Shown here: positions 13,690 through 13,932 of the stretch, piece by piece
Numbering within the stretch: the stretch's first letter is position 1
How the letters are laid out: each line of letters begins with the position of its first letter
Source: a virus
Reading direction: 5' to 3' (one strand)
Length of the DNA: 13,932 nucleotides
UHGV virus genome: UHGV-0136738
Notes under the pieces: generated by a model
Databases searched by the model: none
Told to the model about the DNA's origin: nothing
Seen by the model: the letters and a program-made list of their open reading frames with translations, nothing else
Translations under genes and position numbers: made by a program

Positions 13690-13932
13690 TCACCTTGTTG
13701 GCTTCTTCATTAATAAGTTGCTGGAAGCGTGACACGTTAGTTCTGACCATACCTTGTGGGGCCTGTTGCGACCAACCATATTCCAGTCGTTGCGCGTACG
13801 GCAGGTTATTAGTTAGCGTGAACTCGTGCCAGTCCGCAGTTTTCAGCACGAAACTAGTGGCGTTTCCGGTTGCGGTGTTGCCGGGCTTGTCTGTAGCATC
13901 TGTAGTTCCGGTGGCGGGAGTTCCGCCAGATG
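13690..13932 (-). CDS. 3' end of an upstream structural gene (partial, start outside window)
   Basis: The only minus-strand frame free of stops from 13932 down to TGA at 13692..13690 (C-terminus ...VWSELTCHASSNLLMKKPTR). The stop overlaps the SD of the next gene (TGAAATG), consistent with operon packing. Confidence 0.4.

Noticed and set aside
1-13932. Integrase, attachment site, tRNA or rRNA that would mark a prophage boundary
   Set aside because: Nothing of the kind was recognised by eye. The window appears to lie wholly inside the phage structural region, so prophage versus free phage cannot be decided here.

Overview
This window is a tail-morphogenesis region of a siphovirus-type phage or prophage, read from sequence alone with no database searches. 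Nearly all genes are on the minus strand and tightly packed with overlapping stop/start codons: a 3' gene fragment, a tail-terminator-like gene, a major-tail-protein candidate, two tail assembly chaperone ORFs, a 757-aa tape measure protein, four tail-tip genes (one NlpC/P60-like) and a 630-aa beta-helix tailspike. The left edge carries the 3' end of a plus-strand HNH-AP2 homing endonuclease gene, convergent with the tailspike. The most unusual feature is a 1.9-kb plus-strand cassette (10300..12056) inserted inside the tail operon between the major tail gene and the chaperones. It encodes a small membrane protein resembling superinfection-immunity proteins, an HTH-metallophosphoesterase whose catalytic domain is split by a single in-frame TAG followed directly by ATG, and two small ORFs. 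Two near-identical hairpin terminators (325..344 and 12061..12080) sit behind the tailspike and major tail genes. Functional labels rest on recalled motifs and gene order; no rRNA, tRNA, CRISPR array, integrase or att site was recognised.
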